Of a DNA stretch of 64,000 bases, positions 50,590 to 58,834 are shown piece by piece. Each line of letters opens with the position of its first letter. Within the stretch, counting starts at the first letter, position 1. The notes under the pieces are model-generated. The model made no database searches, was not told where the DNA came from, and saw only the letters and a program-made list of their open reading frames with translations. A program made the translations under genes and the position numbers. Location of the stretch: assembly GCA_049294375.1 (NCBI GenBank), contig JBAQCT010000155.1, forward strand, positions 5,974 to 69,973. Direction: 5' to 3'. This DNA comes from Gallionella sp. (GTDB lineage: Bacteria > Pseudomonadota > Gammaproteobacteria > Burkholderiales > Gallionellaceae).

Positions 50590-51693
50590 CTATTGATTGT
50601 AGAATTCAGAAATCGTCTTCAGCATAAAATCTGTATGTTCAACCTCAATAAACTGATGCGCTGGGAGGGTAATCAAGCCGTCGGCTTGCGACTCAGCCAC
50701 CGGAAAATCACCGCGCTTATAGCCCAGACTCTTCGCTGCCTCTTGCAGATGCAGCGGAATTGGATAGTGAATCTTCGCTTCTATTTCTCGATCAATAAGA
50801 TGCCGCAACAGCCGATCACGTTGTTCGAAAAGACCCATATACAGAGCAAACGTTTCGATGTGATCCGTTGGGCGCGATGGCAAAGTCACATATGGCGTAA
50901 GTGCTTTTAACCCTTGATCAAGCCGAGCAGCAATGCGACACCTCTTTTCGATCACTGCGGGTAAATCGTCGAGACCATGGCTCGCTACAATGGCTTGCAA
51001 CGGTTGCAAGCGCATATTCACCCCCCAGAATTCGATATGATCACGATCAATCATGCCGTGGTTGCGATACTTGCGCATCCACGCTGCGAGATGGTCATCA
51101 TTTGTGACGACCATGCCACCGTCACCCATCACGTTGAGTGACTTCAGTGGATGCATGCTGTAAGCATTGACTTTGCCGAACGTACCTGGGCTGCGCCCCT
51201 TGATGGATGCACCAATCCCCATGCAGGCATCTTCGACAACTGCGAGGCCATGTCTGGATGCCACAGTGCACACTGCGTCCATATCGGGTGAGGCGCCTCC
51301 CCAATGCACCGGAACAATCACCTTGGTGCGATCGGTGATCGCTGCTTCGATCTTCGAGGCGTCGATCTGGAAGCGATCATTACAATCGACAAATACTGGC
51401 TTTGCCCCACAGGCTACGATGGCACCCACGGTCGCGTAGAAGGTATTACACACCGTTATCGCTTCGTCGCCTGCTTGAAGCCCCAATGACTTGAAAGCCA
51501 ATACTAGCGCATCAGTCCCATTGTTCGTTGCGATGCAGTGCTTCATTTTCACGAAGTTCGCAAATTTTCGCTCGAAGGCCTCCATGACTGGTCCTAGTGT
51601 GAACTCAGATGACGCAATCAATTTTTCCCAGTCCTTGAAGACTGGGCCGGGGTTTGCAAACTGCATGGGCAGGTAGTTATACGAAACACGCAT
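50590..51693 (-). CDS. DegT/DnrJ/EryC1/StrS-family PLP-dependent aminotransferase
   Basis: GTFGKVNAYSMHPLKSLNVMGDGG with catalytic Lys. Tandem paralogue of the next gene. Confidence 0.88.
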   Translation of the reverse strand: MRVSYNYLPMQFANPGPVFKDWEKLIASSEFTLGPVMEAFERKFANFVKMKHCIATNNGTDALVLAFKSLGLQAGDEAITVCNTFYATVGAIVACGAKPVFVDCNDRFQIDASKIEAAITDRTKVIVPVHWGGASPDMDAVCTVASRHGLAVVEDACMGIGASIKGRSPGTFGKVNAYSMHPLKSLNVMGDGGMVVTNDDHLAAWMRKYRNHGMIDRDHIEFWGVNMRLQPLQAIVASHGLDDLPAVIEKRCRIAARLDQGLKALTPYVTLPSRPTDHIETFALYMGLFEQRDRLLRHLIDREIEAKIHYPIPLHLQEAAKSLGYKRGDFPVAESQADGLITLPAHQFIEVEHTDFMLKTISEFYNQ

Positions 51694-51715
51694 TGCGGGA
51701 TAGCCTCTTCATTAA

Positions 51716-52810
51716 TTAGCTGTAAAACTTTTCAAACATTTCCGCCACGTAGTCTTGCTGTTCATGCGTAAGCCCTGGGTACAGAGGGAGGCTCAAAATA
51801 CGTTGGCTGAGCCGCATCGTTTCTGGAAAATCCTCTGGCTTGTATCCAAGCGCTACCGCCGCAGGCTGTATGTGAATGGGTGTCGGGTAGTGCACAAGCG
51901 CCTCTATACCATGTGCCCGCAAGAAAGATTGCAATTCCTGTCGCCGATCTGCCTGAACGACGTAGGTCTGATACACGTGGTATTCGCCGTGTGCCTCTTC
52001 TGGCACCTCAACAAAACGCTTCAAAAGCCGATTGTACCGAAATGCAAGGTCACGACGCTCTTCTGTCCACCTCTCGAGTTCTGGAAGTTGAACACGCAGC
52101 AATGCTGCCTGCATCTCATCCAATCGACAATTAAAGCTCCAGAACTCACAGCGGTCTCGGCTGGTCAGGCCGTGATTCTTGCTTATATTCAGACGCTCAA
52201 TCAGTTTCGGGTCTTGAGCGGTTATGATTCCAGCATCTCCAAACGCATGAAGATTTTTCAGAGGATGAAGGCTGAAACTCGCAGCATCACCCCAATTCCC
52301 CACACGCTTGCCGAGCAGTTTCGCGCCCACAGATTGCGCTGCATCTTCGAGCACAAAAAGGCCATGACGCTTCGCGATGTCGTTGATCTCCCGCATCTTG
52401 GCCGGACGTCCAGTCAAATGAACTGGAATAATTGCCTTGGTGCGCGTGGTAATTGCACGCTCGATCTGTTCTGGATCAATATTCAAATCTTTCATCACAT
52501 CGGCAAAGACGGGTTTCGCGCCAGTCAACGCAATGGTTGAGGCCGAAGCGATGAATGAGTTCGGCGCGGTGATGACTTCGTCACCAGTGCCGACCCCGAT
52601 TGCTCTGAGCGTCAGATGCAACGAGCTTGTGCCATTTGAAATGCCGGTGGCATATGGGGCGCCGCAGAACTCAGCAAACTCTTTTTCAAAGCTCGCGCAC
52701 TCTGGCCCCTGAATGTACCGACCGCTGTCAAGTACCTGCTCAAAAGCGTGGATTAGTTGTGCGCGGATGGGTGCGTTTTTATTTTGGAATGCGGTGTATG
52801 GTATTCGCAT
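51716..52810 (-). CDS. DegT/DnrJ/EryC1/StrS-family PLP-dependent aminotransferase (WbpE-like position)
   Basis: GNWGDAASFSLHPLKNLHAFGDAG with catalytic Lys. Confidence 0.88.
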   Translation of the reverse strand: MRIPYTAFQNKNAPIRAQLIHAFEQVLDSGRYIQGPECASFEKEFAEFCGAPYATGISNGTSSLHLTLRAIGVGTGDEVITAPNSFIASASTIALTGAKPVFADVMKDLNIDPEQIERAITTRTKAIIPVHLTGRPAKMREINDIAKRHGLFVLEDAAQSVGAKLLGKRVGNWGDAASFSLHPLKNLHAFGDAGIITAQDPKLIERLNISKNHGLTSRDRCEFWSFNCRLDEMQAALLRVQLPELERWTEERRDLAFRYNRLLKRFVEVPEEAHGEYHVYQTYVVQADRRQELQSFLRAHGIEALVHYPTPIHIQPAAVALGYKPEDFPETMRLSQRILSLPLYPGLTHEQQDYVAEMFEKFYS

Positions 52811-52849
52811 GATTGCGGTAATTGTGTTTTAGCTCTGGGGAAACGCATA

Positions 52850-52878
52850 ATTATAATGCGACTTTGTCGCTGTGACAG
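52850..52878 (-). promoter_or_regulatory. Candidate internal sigma70-type promoter overlapping a 13-bp palindrome
   Basis: The minus strand reads CTGTCA (52878-52873), a 17-nt spacer, then a perfect TATAAT (52855-52850). The palindrome CGCTGT-G-ACAGCG (52868-52880) overlaps the -35 hexamer. It lies in the 101-nt gap upstream of the DegT gene that starts at 52810. Confidence 0.3.
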
Positions 52879-52911
52879 CGGCGCATCCTAATATTTATTA
52901 ATCTGCCTTGT

Positions 52912-53811
52912 CTACGGAGTGGCGCGCATTTCGTGTCTCAAAAGTACTGCTACTTTCCTGAGCCCCTCGTCCAATGGCATGCATCGAAAATCGGGGAATG
53001 CCGCATGTAAATTAGCGACATCGAACGCACGCAACCCGTTGTGCGGTATCGGTCCCATCCGAGAGCTAACGTTAATTCTTGTGGCACTTGGTAGCAAATG
53101 GGTCACCTGCTTCGCGATTTCCTCGAATGAGGCCACCTCACCAACGGCGATGTTCAAAACGCCATTGCTACGATGCAATAGCACACGACTTACGACCTCT
53201 GCCACATCTTCGACACACACATGGTCTCGGCGCTCCTCGCCTTCACCGAAGAGAACGATGTTGTCGCCTGCGGCCGCCAGCCTCATGAAGCGGTTCGGGC
53301 CATAGCCGTTATGCGGATCGCCGATACCGTAAATCAAGGTTGGCCTCAGAAAGCACAAGGGGCCGCTGAATGCGTTGGCCAACATGACTTCTCGCGTTAG
53401 ATGCATCACACCGTGTAGGGATCCTGGCTGAGCGCACGAGCGCTCAGTTAGAGGCGATTCACTGTCGGCATATACCGCGTCGGAACTGATGTATACCACG
53501 TGGCTGACTGGCGACTTTTTTAACCCTTCGCACACTGCAGCGCCCATGCGGATATTCTCGATCAACATCGCTTCAGTCTTGACCGGTGCCTTTGCCGAAA
53601 CGAAAAGGAGCGAGTCATCGGGGCGCAGAATGTCTGCAAGTCGAGTGCTGGCGTCCGCACTGGTTAGGTCGAGCTCTGTGCGCGGCAGTGCAAGAACTGG
53701 TGCGCCCAAGGCTTCGAGGCGTCTTATTGTGGCTGTGGCCACAAACCCCGCTGATCCAAGGATAACTATTCGGGCGGGGTTAGTCGGATGGTCGTGTAGA
53801 TGGGTTAACAT
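52912..53811 (-). CDS. Extended-SDR-fold protein (epimerase/dehydratase family), apparently lacking the YxxxK catalytic pair
   Basis: Rossmann ILGSAGFVATATI and ISSDAVY. Where other SDRs in this locus have P-x-S-x-Y-x-x-S-K, this one reads PGSLHGVMHLTRE (H...H). Alignment is by eye. Confidence 0.7.
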   Translation of the reverse strand: MLTHLHDHPTNPARIVILGSAGFVATATIRRLEALGAPVLALPRTELDLTSADASTRLADILRPDDSLLFVSAKAPVKTEAMLIENIRMGAAVCEGLKKSPVSHVVYISSDAVYADSESPLTERSCAQPGSLHGVMHLTREVMLANAFSGPLCFLRPTLIYGIGDPHNGYGPNRFMRLAAAGDNIVLFGEGEERRDHVCVEDVAEVVSRVLLHRSNGVLNIAVGEVASFEEIAKQVTHLLPSATRINVSSRMGPIPHNGLRAFDVANLHAAFPDFRCMPLDEGLRKVAVLLRHEMRATP

Positions 53812-53814
53812 GAG

Positions 53815-55101
53815 CTAGGTTAATCCGGGTCGCTGCACTCGCGCACCAAGCGTCGAGTAAGTAAAGCCTTGGGCGTTCAACGCATTGCCGTCGATTACCT
53901 GATATGGGTCGATAACGGTTCGGCAACGCATGCGCTGCGCCAGATCGTCTGCGGTGATTGCGCGAAACTCAGGCCATGGCGTCATGATTACGAGTGCATC
54001 TGCGTTGTCTGCCGCTTCCAGTGCAGTACTTGCACGCCTCACATTTGGGCCTGCGGCATTAGTGGCCGCTACCGGATCGAAAGCAATGACATCCTTATCG
54101 ATAAGCTTTTCGATCAATGCGATTGCCGGGGAGTTCTTCAGCGAATTAGTATTCTCCTTGTATGTGAGACCTAGCACAGCTATGCGAGCCGCAGGATTGC
54201 TGCGCAACACCAACGCGTTTAACGTATCCCATGCCCAGTCTCTACGATGGCGTGAATTTTCAACAAACGCCGATACAACCCTGCCGTCTGTCACGTACTG
54301 GCCTGCGAGGCGCAGCACGGTCGCGAGATCGCGCTCCAGATTACCTCCAGCAATACCCAAGCCCGCATTCAGATAGGCATGCTGGCCGATACGCTTATCC
54401 AAACGAAGTGCAGGCACAATCTCCGGCCAATCTGCGCCTATGCGCTCACAGATTTCTGCCAGAGTATTCGTGACGCTCACTGAAGCCACAAGGTACATGT
54501 TGATGGAAATCTTGGTGAGTTCTGCACTCTCGTAACGCATTGACAAGATCGGGCAGCCAAAACTACCAAGGAAGTGTGCCAATATTGGTGGCAGCGGCTG
54601 CGTAGACTCGGCGCAGCCGACGATAAAGCGCTCTGGAAAACGCGCACGCTCCATCGCACGCCCGAAAATAAGCGTCTCCACCTGATAATGCAGCATGCGT
54701 CCGGGGCGCAGTCGCGCACGCGTGAAGCCGGGCGGAACCTGGCTTAGGATAACCATTACGGCATCAGGGCGCAGCACTGCGTCGACCTGTCTGATCAAGG
54801 TGTCAATACCCCCAAGGTCGCTCTGCCCGTTATCATCGGTCGGCACATCCGGTGCAACGTAAATCAGATCACAGGAAATCAACTCTTTGGGGTCGGCTGT
54901 GAATCTGATTCGGCACGCATTCTTTTCCAGTAGCTCGGGCAAATCTGGCTCGATGACTGGCAATTCGCCGCGTTCGAGAGTGGCGACAAGCAGCGGATCA
55001 GGGTCATAGCACAGGATGTTAAACCCTCTGTCGGCCGCCGCCGCTGCGGAATTGAGTCCGAGGTGAGTCATGCCGGCATAGCCGATGATGTGGCCGGTCA
55101 T
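53815..55101 (-). CDS. UDP-glucose/GDP-mannose dehydrogenase-family nucleotide-sugar 6-dehydrogenase (WbpA-like position)
   Basis: N-terminal IGYAGMTHLGLN Rossmann and C-terminal IAVLGLTYKENTNSLKNSPA block. 428 aa. Confidence 0.88.
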   Translation of the reverse strand: MTGHIIGYAGMTHLGLNSAAAAADRGFNILCYDPDPLLVATLERGELPVIEPDLPELLEKNACRIRFTADPKELISCDLIYVAPDVPTDDNGQSDLGGIDTLIRQVDAVLRPDAVMVILSQVPPGFTRARLRPGRMLHYQVETLIFGRAMERARFPERFIVGCAESTQPLPPILAHFLGSFGCPILSMRYESAELTKISINMYLVASVSVTNTLAEICERIGADWPEIVPALRLDKRIGQHAYLNAGLGIAGGNLERDLATVLRLAGQYVTDGRVVSAFVENSRHRRDWAWDTLNALVLRSNPAARIAVLGLTYKENTNSLKNSPAIALIEKLIDKDVIAFDPVAATNAAGPNVRRASTALEAADNADALVIMTPWPEFRAITADDLAQRMRCRTVIDPYQVIDGNALNAQGFTYSTLGARVQRPGLT

Positions 55102-56027
55102 TTGATCGCCTCCAATGAGCGTCGGGAAAGGTCGTTCAGCACGGCATTGATCCAGATGTCATTCTCGATATTGCTTTCGCCGTTTGTGCACAACTGCTTG
55201 AAATGCTGGTATTCAAGCTCCCATGTCGGGTCGGGCTGAACCAAGGTTACTGCCTCCTCGTCCGGTTTTCCGCTGGGCAGTTTACGGTCGCGAAGGGTGA
55301 AGGTGCTGGGACCCCATTTGCAAAGCGATTGAATGTGCGCGCTACCCTTTTCTGCAAACACATCGGCGTAAAAATGATTGCGCCAGTTGAGCAGAGTCAT
55401 TTCGAATTGCAGCGCTGGCGCGCCATTGGTACCAAATGCAAAGTGATCGAAAGATTTGTTCTCGAAACGGTTGCACGAATAAATTTCAAACGGCGTAGTC
55501 GGCTTGCCGAACCAGAACAACGCAGTATCGAGCAGGTGCGACCCCAGGTCAGGCAGCACGCCTGCCCCCTGATCGCGCCAGGCAGAATCGCGCACCAAAC
55601 GCGCCGTACCATTGCCGTAAAACATGCGCACACAATAGATCTTGCCGAGCCGCCCCGACTCGATCACTTGCTTCATGCGCACGAAGTGCGGTTCGAAACG
55701 GTGATTATATGCGGTATAGCAGACGACGCCCTTTGAGCGTGCGATTTTTGCAAGTGCATTGAGCGTGCTGTTGTCGGGTGCGAACAGCGGTTTTTCGACC
55801 AGCAGATGTTTGCCGTTGCTCAGCAGATGGGTGAGCAACTCGATCTTGGTATCGTCTGGAGTGCATACCAATGCAGCGTCGTACGCGCCAAGCGGCACGT
55901 CGGCCAGGGATCGGAAAGTGGCCTCTGGATGCACGGGATCCACGGTCGCGACCACTTCTTTTTCTGCGACAGCGCGTCGCTTGTTTCCCTGCACACCGAG
56001 GCCGACGACAATAACGCGCATGACCAT
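55098..56027 (-). CDS. Gfo/Idh/MocA-family NAD(P) oxidoreductase (WbpB-like position)
   Basis: MRVIVVGLGVQG Rossmann and VEKPL motif. The start is ambiguous among ATG 56021, 56027 and 56039. Confidence 0.85.
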   Translation of the reverse strand: MVMRVIVVGLGVQGNKRRAVAEKEVVATVDPVHPEATFRSLADVPLGAYDAALVCTPDDTKIELLTHLLSNGKHLLVEKPLFAPDNSTLNALAKIARSKGVVCYTAYNHRFEPHFVRMKQVIESGRLGKIYCVRMFYGNGTARLVRDSAWRDQGAGVLPDLGSHLLDTALFWFGKPTTPFEIYSCNRFENKSFDHFAFGTNGAPALQFEMTLLNWRNHFYADVFAEKGSAHIQSLCKWGPSTFTLRDRKLPSGKPDEEAVTLVQPDPTWELEYQHFKQLCTNGESNIENDIWINAVLNDLSRRSLEAIK

Positions 56028-56028
56028 G

Positions 56029-57597
56029 TTATTGCCCATCGTAACGGTATAGGGTGTGCGTTTCCACACGATGAATTTTCTTTCTGACGGCCTCGGGCGT
56101 CACCGGCCAATTGCCATCGTGCTCGCATTCCACACCAGACGCCATGCAGCCCAGTATGGACGCAATAGCCTCATTCTTGGTGGCGATCATGGCAAGTGTC
56201 GCATATGCCAGCATCGCATCGCCGGCGCCGACAGCATCCACAACTTGCTCGACAAAGCTGTCGATGGCGAAAAAGGCTTGGTAGTCCTCCTGCGGCCTCG
56301 AACGATAGGTAATTATGCCGCGCTCGCCCATTTTGAGGATCAGCGTCTTGCATTTCGAGCGGTGGTATAACTCGCGCGCAAGCGGGCGTACCACCGAATC
56401 TTGATCCCCCAGCGCAAACCGGGCTTCGCGCTCATTCGGGGTAATCAGGTCGAACCCTTCGAACTCGAGAATATTGCCCCAGCGGCTCGCCACCTGACTG
56501 TCAGCGACACGGTAAGCATCGGGCGGAATTGCCGAAACTAGATCGGGAATCGTGTTCCGGTTGAATATGCCGTGGCGGAAATCGCTGAATGCGACCGCAT
56601 CCGCCTTGTTCTGGGATATTTGTTTTTTTAACTGCTCCACGTTCTTGCCGGAAATAGAACGGTTGTCCAGAGTATCGACCTTGAGTAACCGGTAGCCTTC
56701 CGCAACAATGGCGTTTTTGTTGGTGGTCGGACGTGTCTCGTCGATGATGGCATGAACCTCAACGCCGGCTTTTTCGAGATCATCAAGCACGAAGTCCTTC
56801 AGCGCATCATTGCCGAGTACCGTGGAAAATGTTACCTCCGCCCCCGCTGCCTTGAGGTGCTTCGCAACGATTGCAGCACCTCCGACATAATCGACTTTCT
56901 TTTGAAACAGCACGCTTATGGTCGGCGTCTTGGTCATGCCGCCGATCATGTTGCAATAGGTATAGCTGTCGACAATGGTGTCACCGACGACGTGGACTTT
57001 AATGCCCTTGTATTTGTTAAGGGCTCCATAGAGGTCGCTGAAACCGATGCCCTCTGCTGCCATGAGAGACATCAGTTTTTCAGTGGCAATCTTGGGCGGG
57101 GCGAGCTCGATCAGCGCCGAGGAAGAGTAAACGATGTCGCCTGGGGTGAAGAGAACTTCGCCGCCATAGGTTTCCAGAACTTGCATTTCTTCTTGGGTTC
57201 TGGGATCTATTCCGCTGCTGGAATATTCGTATCCCTTGGCGAAATAATCGGGCTGGATGATGCCCAGATTTTCGAGCGGTGTTGGCTGGTGGTCGATGAT
57301 GACAAAATCGACTACTTCCAGCGCAGCCAGGTTGATTGCCCGCAAATCCTCTGGAACGTAGGGGCGAAAATTTGCTTTCTTGATGTGCTCGTCCGAGGTG
57401 AGGCTTGCGATCAGAATGTCACCCTTTGTCTTTGCGTACAGCAGATGCCGTACATGCCCCGGATGAACCACATCGAATGCCCCGTGACACATGATCACTT
57501 TTTTCCCCCGCGGCCGCGGCCGCGGCCCGATGATTGCGCAAAGCTGTTCTACCGTCTTGATCTTGCGCTCAACCAGATTTTTGCTTGTCTGATCCAT
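56029..57597 (-). CDS. Bifunctional nucleotidyltransferase / PfkB sugar kinase (HldE-like, but with domain order reversed)
   Basis: The N-terminal cytidylyltransferase-fold block is VIMCHGAFDVVHPGHVRHL (GxFDxxHxGH). The C-terminal ~330 aa is ribokinase/PfkB-like, ending in DAVGAGDAML. Confidence 0.85.
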   Translation of the reverse strand: MDQTSKNLVERKIKTVEQLCAIIGPRPRPRGKKVIMCHGAFDVVHPGHVRHLLYAKTKGDILIASLTSDEHIKKANFRPYVPEDLRAINLAALEVVDFVIIDHQPTPLENLGIIQPDYFAKGYEYSSSGIDPRTQEEMQVLETYGGEVLFTPGDIVYSSSALIELAPPKIATEKLMSLMAAEGIGFSDLYGALNKYKGIKVHVVGDTIVDSYTYCNMIGGMTKTPTISVLFQKKVDYVGGAAIVAKHLKAAGAEVTFSTVLGNDALKDFVLDDLEKAGVEVHAIIDETRPTTNKNAIVAEGYRLLKVDTLDNRSISGKNVEQLKKQISQNKADAVAFSDFRHGIFNRNTIPDLVSAIPPDAYRVADSQVASRWGNILEFEGFDLITPNEREARFALGDQDSVVRPLARELYHRSKCKTLILKMGERGIITYRSRPQEDYQAFFAIDSFVEQVVDAVGAGDAMLAYATLAMIATKNEAIASILGCMASGVECEHDGNWPVTPEAVRKKIHRVETHTLYRYDGQ

Positions 57598-57600
57598 TGA

Positions 57601-58602
57601 TTAACGATCCTCCGAAGATAATGTAGCAAACCAAGTCGTCGTCGCCTTGGCGATGGTTTCTGGATCCCACAAAGGCGCGTTGCGCCAATATTCGATATTA
57701 TCGCGAATGCGCCTCACGCCTTCTTCAAAGCTTATCTCCTGCTTCCAGCCCAGTTGGGTCTGGATTTTAGTGATGTCTGCCCAGGTGCAATCGGGTTCAC
57801 CAGGCCGTTTTGGAATATGTATTACCGATCCGCCGAGCAATTCGACCAAGCGATTTATACTCTGTGGATTTCCTGCGCCGAGATTGTAGATCTCTCCGGC
57901 ACGCTTGGTTTCGGCAGCACTGTAAAAGGCGCGCGCAACGTCGGTTGCATACAGGAAATCGCGCGACTGCGCGCCATCGCCCACGACGGTAAAGGGCTTT
58001 CCTTCCAGTTTCTGCCTTAGAAAAACGCCGAATACCGCACCATAGGCGCCTGATGTTCGCGAACGCGTGCCGTAGGCGTTAAATATTCGGATCGAATTGA
58101 CCGGCAATCGATATACCTGATGCCAGTGGAAGCAGGCCTGCTCGCCTTGATACTTGCTCAGTGCATACGGATACTGCGGTGCAATCGGATGGTCTTCGCG
58201 CGTCGGCACCTTCGCGAGGCCGTAGCATGAAGACGATGCGGCGTAGACAAATTTTTGTACCCCGGCATGTCGTGCACACTCGAGCATGTGTACCGTACCC
58301 TGAACATTTGTAGACATGTACTCGATCGGCTGTTCGATAGAAGGCACTATATCGCCGACCCCGGCGAAATGAAATACATACTTCGCATCCTTGAAGAATT
58401 TGTCCCCGGCCGCAAAGCTGCGAATATCGCGCCGCTCAAGCGCTAGTGGACAATTCTGGTGGTGGGAAAGATTTTCTTCGCGACCGCCCACAAGATTATC
58501 GATTACTCGAACCTCGAACCCCTTCTCGACAAGCAAATCAACCATGTGACTGCCGATGAAACCGGCACCGCCCGTAACGATGGCGATAGGGCGAGCCGTC
58601 AT
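57601..58602 (-). CDS. NAD-dependent nucleotide-sugar epimerase/dehydratase (extended SDR)
   Basis: VTGGAGFIGSHMV Rossmann, YALSK catalytic motif. 333 aa. Confidence 0.88.
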   Translation of the reverse strand: MTARPIAIVTGGAGFIGSHMVDLLVEKGFEVRVIDNLVGGREENLSHHQNCPLALERRDIRSFAAGDKFFKDAKYVFHFAGVGDIVPSIEQPIEYMSTNVQGTVHMLECARHAGVQKFVYAASSSCYGLAKVPTREDHPIAPQYPYALSKYQGEQACFHWHQVYRLPVNSIRIFNAYGTRSRTSGAYGAVFGVFLRQKLEGKPFTVVGDGAQSRDFLYATDVARAFYSAAETKRAGEIYNLGAGNPQSINRLVELLGGSVIHIPKRPGEPDCTWADITKIQTQLGWKQEISFEEGVRRIRDNIEYWRNAPLWDPETIAKATTTWFATLSSEDR

Positions 58603-58754
58603 TTTGCGCCTACCACTTTCATCGTGCGCGCGTTGCGATAGCGGGTGCCGAAGATAATGTCAAAAACGGCAACATCCAAACCCTCTTCGAGCAACTGCGG
58701 CATCAATATCCTTCCGTAGTAGCCTGCCCGGCCAACTGCCAATGCCTTTTTCAT
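58599..58754 (-). CDS. Small ORF (51 aa) encoding only a Rossmann beta-alpha-beta unit; possible remnant of a displaced SDR gene or a coupled leader ORF
   Basis: Hand translation: MKKALAVGRAGYYGRILMPQLLEEGLDVAVFDIIFGTRYRNARTMKVVGAK. An AAGGGGA Shine-Dalgarno sits 4-5 nt upstream of ATG 58754. Its TGA overlaps the ATG of the next gene (ATGA at 58599-58602). It is below the 60-aa cutoff of the ORF track. Confidence 0.3.
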   Translation of the reverse strand: MKKALAVGRAGYYGRILMPQLLEEGLDVAVFDIIFGTRYRNARTMKVVGAK

Positions 58755-58834
58755 ACCGTCCCCTTAATATTTGCAGATTGCGAGTTTGCGATAATTCAAA
58801 CGACCTAGTTGTTCCTGGTGCGAGAGAATCGAGA

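Noticed and set aside
51849-51860. The minus-strand GGCGGTAGCGCT inside the DegT gene at 51716-52810 (the 8-nt ops core).
   Set aside because: It fails the consensus at positions 11-12. An 8-mer core is expected about twice by chance in 2 x 64 kb, and it lies within coding sequence.
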